In this document: one piece after another, positions 22,133 through 34,386 of the stretch
Numbering within the stretch: the first letter of the stretch is position 1
Layout: each line of letters begins with the position of its first letter
From: Cyanophora paradoxa CCMP329
Taxonomy: Eukaryota > Plantae > Glaucophyta
Reading direction: 5' to 3'
DNA length: 50,817 bases
NCBI GenBank assembly: GCA_004431415.1
Contig: QPMI01000345.1
Location: 1 to 50,817 of the forward strand
Notes under the pieces: model-generated
What the model was told of the DNA's origin: nothing
Databases searched by the model: none
The model's input: the letters and a program-made list of their open reading frames with translations, nothing else
Made by a program: the position numbers and the translations under genes

Positions 22133-23028
22133 GCCCCGCCCGGGGCACGTCTGCAGCTGGGCCGAACCGGGGCCCCCTTGTGTCGATGGGGGCAAACGAT
22201 GTAAGCATATTTCGAAATTATTGGGACAGAAATACACTAGAGCACAGGACAGGAAGGAAGAACTTTGGGGGGAAATGTCACTGCTCAACGGGACCCGCAA
22301 GGGATAAGGATCGCCCTTCAGGTACAAAAAAGCAGAATATCCATTTTCCTGCCGCTTCATGGCTTAGATCACGAGTTCACTAAGCCACAAATTCAGACAG
22401 GTACGAAAAGAGCCACCAGGGCTCGTCTCATGAGAAAAAGATCGAAGCGGGGGGAGGAAGCGAAGCGACAGCTAGATAAAAGCATCGGAAGGAAAGGCTG
22501 GAGACGGTTCAGTTCGCTCTGGAAGGCGAATTGAGAACACGCCGAGTGGAACTCGCCAGAGTGTCCGGCTTGGTTTCGCGCGATCGAGAGACTGAAGGCT
22601 CAAAAGAAGCACGCGCATCCCCAGAACGCGAAGCGCGTAAGCGATCGCGAGCGCCGCGGATGCACCAGACGAGCGCTCGGCGATCGCCGACGACAGGCAC
22701 GGCCTGCGGAGCCGGGGTGAGATCTCGGCGGTTGCACGGTCAGGGTTGAGCAGCCGCACCTCAGGGATTGCCTGGATGGCGCGGAAGAAAGGGCAGCAAA
22801 AGGCGGCACTTTTGGCGGGGGTAGACTGGTTTGTCCAGCCGGGTACGCGGACAGCGCAGCCGCCCAACCTCGCGGTCTTCGTTCCTAGCCTCGAAGCCGA
22901 ACGTGAGCTTCCCTGCTTGCGCCTGCGCGACGTTCGGCGGGCCCAGCAGCGGCGCTCACGATCACAAGTTAGTCCGCGATTCGTCAAGCGCACCAGCGCC
23001 CTAGGCTCGTCGGGTATCCGATCTCGCA

Positions 23029-24925
<1,897 letters not shown>

Positions 24926-25100
24926 CGCTAGCCCCGCCTTATGGTTGCCGCCCCAAGCTTCGCAAACCGCCAAGATCCGACGCCGCCTGGCCTCCTTTGC
25001 AAATTGCACAGAGAGATAGTTACAGCCGGAGGGGCGGGCAGGCAGGGCACACGGCGAAACGGATGCAGAGCCGCTGTGCATATGCATGGGCGCCGGCGCC

Positions 25101-25986
25101 TCAGAAGAAGCGCGAGAAGAACGCCCGGGCGGCCTTCACCGCGTTGCTCTCCATGCCGTCCGCGGCCTCCCCGTGGTGCTTCACAGCGCACTGGATCTGC
25201 AGATCGAGCGTCAACCCTCGCGGCGAGACGGCCGGCGACAGCGTTTCTTACGCGGAGGTAGGCGTGGACGGATCCCTTGGAGGCGTCCTCGCAGGCGGTC
25301 GGCATCCTGTGCGGGAAACAACCGCCTCTCGGGCCGGGCGGGGATCATGGGGGGGCGGAGAGCGGGGCGCGACTCACTTGCCGGCATCCAGAAGCGTGGT
25401 GCACTTGTCATCGGTGTAGAACGCCTGAGTTGCTGTGAGCTCGAGCGACAAAATCGCGCAACCCAATGCCGGACCTCGACAAATTCGCCATCCTTGCTGC
25501 AGGCGAGCTTGACAGAGCCCGAGCCCTTCGGAAAACTGACGAGTCCCCTCTTAAATGGGAGCGTGACGTCGCCAGAGTGTGTGGCGGGCAGGTCCTCGGG
25601 CGTGTAGCACTGCCGAAATTTTCGGCGCGTTCAGAGCTCAAGCAGCGGTCGACCACGAGAGACAAGCGCGCGGCTTCAGCAAGGGCGCGCGCGGAGAATG
25701 AGAGCGCGTATCTATCTCCCTCGCATGCGTGCGTTTGCGCGCGGGGCGCCGCGGACCTCGTTGTCATTGAAAGTGAGGGTAAGCGGCGGGATGGGGTGCG
25801 GCGCCTGCGCGGCGCGTCAGTAAAGCGCGGTTCTGCGCGCGTTTCTCACTTGGGCGCGAATCTTACCACGCGCTGAGTGCACTGCTCGTCCTTGAAGAAG
25901 TCGACTGTCACCTCATCCGTCTTCGCGGCCGCGAGCGACGCCGCGCAGACGACGAGGAGCGCGAGGAGGGCGTTAGACCGGGCCAT
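25101..25986 (-). CDS. Small secreted Cys-rich protein of unknown function, paralog 1
   Basis: Signal peptide MARSNALLALLVVCAASLAAA; exons KTDEVTVDFFKDEQCTQR, CYTPEDLP...GSGSVKLACSKDGEFVE, AFYTDDKCTTLLDAG, CEDASKGSVHAYLR, IQCAVKHHGEAADGMESNAVKAARAFFSRFF*. Confidence 0.8.
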
Positions 25987-26059
25987 GTTTCCGAATCGAT
26001 ATCGCGGTACCCCGGGAAGCTCGGGGTACACAGCACGCGAAGCACAACACCACCAGGCG

Positions 26060-27111
26060 ATGGCCCGCTCGACTGCCCTCCTCGCGCTCCTCCTCGTCTG
26101 CGTAGCCTCTCTCGCAGCCGCGAAGACGGACGAGGTTACAGTCAATTTCTTCAGGGACGACCAGTGCACTCATCGGCTGGTACGCGCCGAAGCGCGAAAT
26201 CTGAGCGCATAATTGACGCGCCGTTCAGGCTCTGGGGCTCATCCCGCGCATGACCCTCACTTTTGACGACCACGAGGTCCGGCGCCCCGCCGCGCGCGCA
26301 AACGCACGCACGCGAGGCAGATAGATCACCCCCGCGCGCGCCCTTGCTGAAGCCGCCGTGCGGTACCGGCGACGCGCGCTCGCGCTAATTCTCCGCTCGC
26401 GTGTCCGGCGCCGCCGGTCCCGGGTGCCGCTCGGTCGATGTCCGCAGTGCTACACGCCGGACGACGCGCCGGCCACACACGCCGGCCCGGTCACTCTGCC
26501 GCCCGAGAAGGGACTTTTGAGTGCGCCATATCCCGGCGGCGGTGTCGTCATCGATATAATCGATCGCTGCGATGCAGAGTTTCCCGAAGGCTCGGGCTCC
26601 GTCAAGCTCGCCTGCAGCAACGACGGCGCATTCGTCGAGGTTCGCAACTTCTCGGCCCTGTTTGTTGTCATCGCTAACGTTCAGCTTGTAGGCGTTCTAC
26701 AGCGACGACAAGGTCTTTGAGCTCCGCGTTAGCTCTCTAGATCTGCTAGCGCTGCCTGGCGCCTGACCAAGCTGACGCTGCCGTCGCCGATAGTGCACCA
26801 AGCTTATGGACCAGGGCAAGTGCGTAGCGTCGTGCCGCGCCGCGGCGCCAGCCCATTCCCCCAATCCCAATCCGCTTATTCGCGCAGGACTCGGGTGCCG
26901 AACGACTGTGAGGATGCCTCGAAAGGCCCCATGCGCGCCTATTTCCGTGTGAGCAATGCCCCCGGATGCCGGCTGTCTCGCCGCGAGGCCCTTAGGGTCG
27001 ACGTACGGCCCCCAGATCAAGTGCGCTGTGAAGCCAAATGAGGCGGCCGCGGACGGCATGGAGAGCAATGCTGTGAAAGCCGCCCGAGTGTTCTTCTCGC
27101 GCTTCTTCTGA
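26060..27111 (+). CDS. Small secreted Cys-rich protein of unknown function, paralog 2
   Basis: MARSTALLALLLVCVASLAAAKTDEVTVNFFRDDQCTHR...GSGSVKLACSNDGAFVE...CEDASKGPMRAYFR...IKCAVKPNEAAADGMESNAVKAARVFFSRFF*; exon-by-exon homology with paralog 1. Confidence 0.8.
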
Positions 27112-27484
27112 GGCCCCGATGCCCGCGGCCAGCCGCTCTGCTAGCGCTGCCCGCGCGCTTCTCCGAGGCTCCGGTTGTAACTATATCTCTGTGCAATATT
27201 GATGCGCGTGTGCTTCGTGGCCTTCAGCTTGTATCCCGAACTTCGGACTCGCGGTCGGGGCTGGCATTTCAATTGACATGCGGGCGGCCGCGGCGGGGTT
27301 GGTGATTTGCAAGCCCCGGCCCTTTCACCTTGCGAGGGCAGAGGGCTTCGCGCCCGGCGCCCGCGTGGCTGTTTTGGGTGCTGGCGCAGCGGCAGATCTA
27401 GATGCGGCGGGGCCGCCCGGCCTGCGTCCTCGTCGGTCGAGCGCTAGCAGCACCTCTGCGCGGCGAGCGCATGTGGCCAGCAGC

Positions 27485-29867
27485 TTACCTTGTAGCTGGC
27501 GTAGGGGCCGCTGAGGGCCGGCCGGGCCCGCGCGACGCGGGGGCTGCGCTCGCGGAGGCGGCAGCAGAGGCGACGGCCGCCGCCGGGGCTTGCGTGGGGG
27601 CCGCCGAAGGCCGGCCGGGCCCGCGGGAGGCGGGCGCTGCGCTCGCGGGGCGGGGGCGGCGGCGGAGGCGGCGGCAGAGGCGGCGGCGGAGGCCGGGAGA
27701 GAGGGGTCGGAGGCCTTTATCTGGGCCACTAGCGCCCGCAGGTCCGCGTCCGCGAAGCTGCCTCTGCGGCACGCCTCGCTCGAGGCACGGCTAGGCGGGC
27801 GGCGGGCGGCGGGGGCGGACCGCTGCGCGATCTCGTGCGTGGCAGCGTTGAAGGGGAAGATGAGGTCGAACCCGCCCCAGCGGCTCGGGCGCCCGTCCGC
27901 TGCGGCGCCGCGGGTGAGCGTAGCAGGCGCGGGGGCGAGCGCGCTCAGGAGCGGCCGCACGGGGCTCGAAGGCGGGTGGGGACGGGCCGGCAGCCCGCGC
28001 CGTACCCGTGGAGCCTTCTTCTTGGGGTGTCCGGGCGGAAGCAGGGGTGGCATGGGTGGGGAGGTCGGTAGGGGGCGGTGGCGCGGGCGGGTCGGAGGGG
28101 TAGGCGCATGGGAGGCGGAGGCGGGGAGGGCCGGGGCGCGCGGCCGGGGCCGGGCGCGGGGCGGGCCGGGGGCCGAGGATGCGGGCCGGGGCGGCGCGGG
28201 GCGGGGCGGCGGCGGCGTCGAGGCGGTCCTCGCCCTCCACCGCCGCCATCAGGTCCGCCAGCATCGGCTGCGGGGGCGGCGGGCGGAAGGACTCGACCCC
28301 CCGTGACGGGGCGGGCGGGGCGGGCGGGGCGGGGGGGACCTCCTTGACGAGGGCGTCCACGGGCCCGTCGAGGCCGAGCGCCGGCGCGGCGTTCACCTGC
28401 AGGCGCGCTCACCGCCCGCGCCGGCGGTGGCGGGGCGGGGCGGGACGTGGGCGGGAGGGCGGGCCTCGAGGAGCCAGGGCTTGAGGTCGGCGTCCAGCAG
28501 CACGTCGAAGCCGTACACTGCGCGCCCCGCGCTCGGGCCCGCCCCGCGCGGCGCCGGCGGCCGGGGGCGGGCTCGAGGGGCCGCACGCTCGAAGGCCGCC
28601 GGGGCGCCCTTCTTCACCGCCGTCGCGAGCGAGAGCAGCGTCAGGCAGATGATCGCCCGCACCCTGCTCCCCGTCACGCCCGGGGTATGGGGGGGATACG
28701 GGAAGGTGGGAGGGAGGGAGGGGGGGCACCGGCCCCAGAGGCGCTCCAAGTCGACGTTGGCGCGGCGGAGGTGGGCCCACAGCTCCGCGAAGGACCACTT
28801 GCAGCCGGGGCCCACCGCCCCCTGCGCGGCCGGTCAAGGGCGGGTGGAGGGATGGGACGGGAAGGGGGGAGGGGGGGGGGGGGGGGGGGGGGGGGGGAGC
28901 GCCTTGCCGTCGAGGAGCGTCGGGCTGTGCTTGTTGATCGAGCAGTTCGTGAGGTGCGCGTACAGGTTCTCCAGCGCCCCCTTGTCATACCTGCCCGGGT
29001 ACCGTGTCACCCGGGAGGTAGATGGCAGCAGGAGGGGGTCTCACACCGTTGGGTGCTGAAGCGGGCCAGGCCGTCCCGGTACAAGAAGACGCGCAGGGGG
29101 TAGACGCTCGTCACGAGGACGTACCTGAGGGGGCGCTGGAGATCAGGCATGCAAAGAGGCGGTTTCATGGCCCGGGGCGCGGACAAGCGCAAATCGAACT
29201 TGAACCCGGAGATGAGGAGGGGGTTGTCGACGTATTTTTGAACGACGTACTTCGTGTTGTACTGCAGGTTTGCGAGATCCCGGAACAGGAAGATGCCCCG
29301 CCCCCGGCTCAGCTCTGCCGGCTTTCCGATCCAGATGCTCTGCGCGGCGCGGGCGTGGTGTTCAGCAAGAACGAGGCTCAATGAGAAGGGGAGGAAAGTA
29401 CCCCCGGGTCTGCCTCGCTCTGGGCGCAAAATGCTGTCACAAACTTCTCGTACTCGAGAGGCAGCGTGTACGTCTGCAGTGCGGGCCGCGTTCGGTGCAG
29501 CGGGCGCCGCTGCTGATGCCTCCCGCACCTCGGGATAGAAAGCGAAGACGCTCCCGTGCACGGCCTTGAACTTGCGCAGGTTCCTTCGCAGGAACCTTAG
29601 CTAGGCGTCGTTGCACGTTCTAGTTTATTCTGACCTGAGCAACTTGTCTTTCAGAGTGATGCTCCCGCTCCCTACGAAGTACGGCGTCCGTGTTTTCGGC
29701 AGCATCGCTTTCCATTCATCGACCTGAGAGCGAACTGAGCAGGGAGTGCGCCACCGGAGAGCGGAGCGAACCTTGAATCTGCCAGAAGGAGAGCGCCAAC
29801 GAGGAAGCGCTTTTTCGCTCGGCTGTGAGCTCGAGGCGGCGCTGGCAAGCTCATCTTCGTCGCTCAT
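27485..29867 (-). CDS. TTLL2: Tubulin-tyrosine-ligase-like polyglutamylase, TTLL2-like; 3' end approximate
   Basis: [108 protein letters not shown]. Confidence 0.88.
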
Positions 29868-29961
29868 CTCAGGCGCGCGCGTGCGCTACCGTGCGACGCG
29901 AGCCGGCTGCAAGCTAGATCACTCCTGGACCCCCAGGCAGTGGCCCCCGCCCCCTGCCGCA

Positions 29962-31118
29962 ATGCAAGTGCCGTCGTGGCGGCGGGTGACGACGTCGCCG
30001 ACGACGCCCGAGGTCGGGCGCGACACGAAGCCCCACTCCAGCTATCAGCTACCCTTGCCGCTCGCAATCGATCGCCGACGGCTGCTACGACGCAGCTGCG
30101 CGCAAGCTGAGCTGCGCAGAACGATTTGCGTGTGTACCCCCCGCGGCTTTAAGTAAGAATCGACTTGTGAGCCTAGGAGGCAGCGTGCAACCATGCGGGA
30201 CGGTTCGCGGCCCCCGTCGGACGATTCCGCGCCAACTCTTACTCGAGCAGGGCGCCCCGGCGCCGAGAGTGCGAGGCTTCTCAAGGTTCGCCCACGGCCG
30301 CCTCCACTCCCGGCCGCGGACTGCTAACTGGCCGCTAACGAACAGGAGTACTTCTCGGTGCGTCCCCGCGCCCAGCGAGGGCACCGCCGTCGACGCTCCG
30401 ACGCGATGAGCTAGCGCGTCCAGCTGACATGTCAACTGGCTTACCATACCGCTTGCAGCTGCCTTATAATCAGACCGTCGTATTCGGCTTCGACGCCGAG
30501 CTAGCAGGCTCGCGCCCTTCTTCAGTGGCGTGCGTGTTTGTCGCTGAGCGCTGCGGCGTGCACAGATGCCTACGAGGACTTGGTAGCCGGCCGCGTCTGG
30601 GTATTCCAAAACTTCATCTGCTTTGAGAGCGAGGAGGGGTCGCAGCGGAAGGCACGCGTCCGGTGCACAAGCGAACCGTGCCCGGCTCTGACGCCCCGCC
30701 GCAGTGCATCGCCCTTGCTGATGTGGCCGACGTGTGGACGGACACCGATTCGATGCGGGAAGGAGCGCCGCACAACTTGCTTCTAATCAGGCTAGAAAAT
30801 GCGCGCGCCCGCGCGGGCTTCCGGCCCCGCCCCGCGCGCCCAGCCGCCGCTAACTCTTGCTGCAGGACAGCCGGGTGACGTTTCACGCAGGTCAACACAC
30901 ACGTGCTACGTTTCGCTTTGTCAGCAAGCCGCTAACATTTCAACAGGCATTCACACGACGCGTGCTTACGAGGAGATCCACTCTGGTGCGCTGCTCTAGC
31001 CCCTCGCATCCGCCTCTCCCGGCCTGACGGCGCCCGTGCAGCGTGGGAGGAGCAGAGCCCCTTCTGGCAGAAGGCGGCGATCGTCCTCGACACGCTCTGC
31101 TCGTTCCCCGGCCTCTAG
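29962..31118 (+). CDS. Small GRAM/PH-like domain protein, multi-exon (missed by the ORF track)
   Basis: Spliced exons give LLKEYFSLPYNQTVVFGFDAELA...VAGRVWVFQNFICFES...CIALADVADVW...LLIRLE...VTFHA...AYEEIHSAWEE, which resembles the GRAM pattern F-x-LP...GR(L/V)Y...N.ICF.S...I.L.D. Confidence 0.55.
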
Positions 31119-31310
31119 CGGCCAGCCCCCGCCCGTGTACAGCTCGCTCCATTCGACCCTCTGGCCCCGCCCGGATCGGAGCGGCGGCCTGCTTGCTTGC
31201 ATCGATCCGATCAGCTTAGCAGCGGACCAGCTGCCTGTATGTACTGCATTGCCTAGATAGCAGACGAAGCGAACAGACTCGGAACGCTCAGTGTCGCATC
31301 CAGCACCGGG

Positions 31311-33908
31311 CTAGCTGGCGCTGGGGCCCGGGGCGTCGCGGCGGGGCCCGGCGCCGGCCGCGGGGTGCTGCAGCTGGGCGCTGTTGCCGGCGGCGCCGGC
31401 GTGGCGGGCCCAGTGGCGGGCGGCGCCGACGTTGCCGCGGCCGGCGGCGTAGGCGCGCATGGCCTCGAAGGTGGGGCGCCGGAGCGGGAGCTCCTGGGCG
31501 AGGGCGCGCCGGATGAGCAGCGAGGCCGCCCGTACGCGTCCCGCCCCAGCGACTCCGCCACCAGCCGCTCGTACGCCGTCGCCAGCTCCATCGCGCCGCC
31601 CTTGTCGCCGGCTGCGGCAAGCGCGGTCAGGCGCGGCGGGGCCGTGGGCCGGGGGCGGGAGGGGTTTGGGGGCTCGGACCCTGCTCGGCGAGGTGGAGCT
31701 CGCGGAAGGCGGGGAGGAGGTCGCTGTCGGCCGAGCCGGCGGCCGGCCCCGCCTCGAGCAGCGCCCGCGCCCGCCACGCGTGCCACGCCCGCGGCCCCAG
31801 CAGCGCCCGCGCCCCGCGCGCGTCCAGCACGGCCGCCACCTCGGCCGCGCGCCGCGGCCGGGCGGCGAAGAGGGTCTCGAGGAGGCCGCGGATGCCGACG
31901 GGGACGCCGGCGGCGGGGCGCCAGACGCGCTCGGCGCGCGCGATCTCGTGCTGGGGCGCCTCGGGGTTGAGCCCCTCGAGGAAGGCGCGCGCCGCCTCGA
32001 CGGCCGCCTGCATCGTCCGCGGCTCGAGCAGCAGCCCGGCCGTCCACTCCGCGTTCATCAGCGAGCGCCGGCCCTTGGCGTCGCAGAGGGGCGCCGCCGC
32101 CGCCGCCGTCTTGGCGACGAGGGCCTGGTCCTCACGCTCGTTGGAGGCGAGCAGGGCGCGGGCCCAGCCGACGGCGAAGTTTGACATGCCGGCGGCGTCG
32201 CGGCCCGGGTTGTAGGAGACGTCGGGGGCCGCCGAGGGGGTCGGGCCGGGCGCGGCCTGCCCCCTGCGCGAGAGGAGCTCGGCGGCGGCGCGGAGGTCGG
32301 CGGGGAGGGAGGCGTCGCCGGCGCTCATCGCCCGGCTCGAGTCGCCCCTCCGCCACCGCGCGAGGACGGCGAGGATGACGGGCGCCGCCCCGTGCCGCAC
32401 GAGCTCCGGGGCGGCGTTCCCCATGGCGGCGAGGGCGCGGCGGCTGCGGACGCGGCCGGCGAGCGCCTCGTAGGCCTCCGCGCCGTCCTTGGTGCGCCCG
32501 GCGCGCAGCTTCCCCAGCACGATCTCCAGCAGCACCTGCGCCGCCGGCGCCCTCAGGGAGGCGCTCGGGGCGGGTGCGGGCGGGGCGGGCCTCGAAGTGG
32601 AGGAGGCGCGGGTCGCCGCGGCCGTGGCGGAGCGGCTCGACGCGGTCGCGCGCGTCCGCCTCCAGCGCCGCCTCTGCCGCCGCCGCGATCCGCTCCGCCA
32701 CGTCCACCCGCCCCGCCTTCACCGCCTCCCGCGCCGCCGCCCGCCGCAGCCCCGGCAGCGCCGGCCGCCACACGGCGTCCGTCGCCGCCGCAGCCAGGAA
32801 GTCCTCCAGGCAGGCCGGCGGGGCGCCGCGCAGGCCCGAGACCGCGAGCCACGTCAGCAGGCCACGCGAGCTCGAGGGGAAGCCGGGGAGCGCAGAGGTT
32901 GCCGTCAGCAGCGAGGAGAAGGCGGCCTGGGAGGAGGGGGCGCCGGCGCCGAGGGCGGCGGCGGAGCGGGGGCCGATGGCGGCGCGGCGCTGGCGGACGA
33001 GGCCGGCGAGGGCGCGGAAGAGGATGCGGGTGCGGTACTCGTGCTGGCGGGGGTCTGATTGGATCTCCGCCAGCACGGCCTCCACCTCGCCCAGCATGCA
33101 GCGCCCGATCGCCAGCGTCCCCACGAAGCTGCGCTGCCGCGGCGGGAGGATCGAGTCGGGGAGGCCCTCCGCGCGCGCCAGCGCCTGCCACCGCTCGTGC
33201 TCGTGCGCCAGTATCAGGTGGCGGAAGAGCAAGAGCAGGAGGTTCATGGACCGCGGGTGCCCGGCGTTCCGCAGCGCCTCCACGATCCGCTCCGCCGCAG
33301 ACGCGTCGCCGGCGGCGAGCAGCGAGCGTACGGCCGCGGTCGAGACCGTCGCAATAGAGACGACTGCGTATGGCCGCCTCTGCTGCTGCTGCCACTGGTT
33401 CATCTGCTGCTGCTGCTGTTGTTGTTGCTGCTGCTCCTGGTTCTGTTGCTGATGCGCGCCCTCCTGCGGCTTCGGCGCTCTGGAAGCCTCCTCTTCGGCC
33501 GCGCTGACGATAGCGGCGATCGCCTTCTCCATGCTGCCGGCCACAGCCGCTTGCTGGCTCGCTCGGGACAGCTTGCCCGCCAGCGCGTCGATCCTCCGCT
33601 GGATGCGTTCCGCTTGCATCCGGTCGCTTTGATAGTACGCGTTCTTCCTCGCCTCCTTCTGCTCGGGCGCTCCATTGCTAGGCGCTGTAGCTGGCGCTGA
33701 AGTAGACGACGAAGCGACTGCGGTTCCGTGGAGGGGCCGGATCGCGATCGGCGTGGCCGCGTCCGCAATCGCGCGTAGTCGCCTCCTGGCAAGGCGGCCA
33801 CCTGTGTCTGCGCAGCGGGGCCCGCTCAGACTCGACGGCGCCGTGCCACCCGGCGCGGCGCGCTCGTCGCGAACCTGAGGCCGCGCGCCGAATCACACGA
33901 CCCCACAT
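31311..33908 (-). CDS. Unknown alpha-helical protein with a mitochondrial-type presequence and a polyQ tract
   Basis: After one intron the N-terminus reads MWGRVIRRAASGGRLARRRLRAIADAATPIAIRPLHGTAVASS (Arg-rich, few acidic residues); long coding-like exons; probable 1-nt indel near 31530. Confidence 0.6.
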
Positions 33909-34386
33909 CGCGCGCTCTTGCTCAAGCTCGGGCAGCTGCTAAGGGCTAGGAACTGGGCTGGAGGGGTAGGCGATTTCGAACTTCCAACCTTCGGCTCAGC
34001 AGCTTGCAAAAAATTGCGCATATGCATGCGCATGCCGCCTTGATCATGAGCTTCCCCGAATCTGATTCGGCCTTCAGTTGACTGACTCAATGAGCATATG
34101 CATGCACGCCCGGCGGCCGGAGCCGCGCGCGGGGCGCTCGCAGAGTTGAAATTGAGATCGATATAGATAATTACTTCAAGATCATCTCAAACACGATTTC
34201 CTGCGCATGCTGACACAGCGAGCCAATTCGAAGCAGGAAGATCGAAGCATCTGAATGAGGCGCAGCCCTTGCACTAGCGGCTGCGGGAGCGCACTGGGCG
34301 CTCGGATCGGAAGGCATGCAGAAAAAGAAACGGATGTCCGGAAAGGGTAAAGCGAAATGCTGAGGGTGAAAAAGTAGGGGCGGGTC

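Noticed and set aside
22360-22393. Hairpin followed by ACA as an H/ACA snoRNA on the plus strand
   Set aside because: The hairpin is only 28 nt with no pseudouridylation pocket, and there is no convincing 5' hairpin or H box.
27495-27690. Imperfect duplication of about 93 bp in the TTLL tail
   Set aside because: Ordinary low-complexity Ala/Pro-rich tail duplication.
34010-34110. GCATATGCATG palindromic motif (also near 25078)
   Set aside because: Short alternating purine-pyrimidine sequence with three occurrences in mixed contexts; too little support for a regulatory call.
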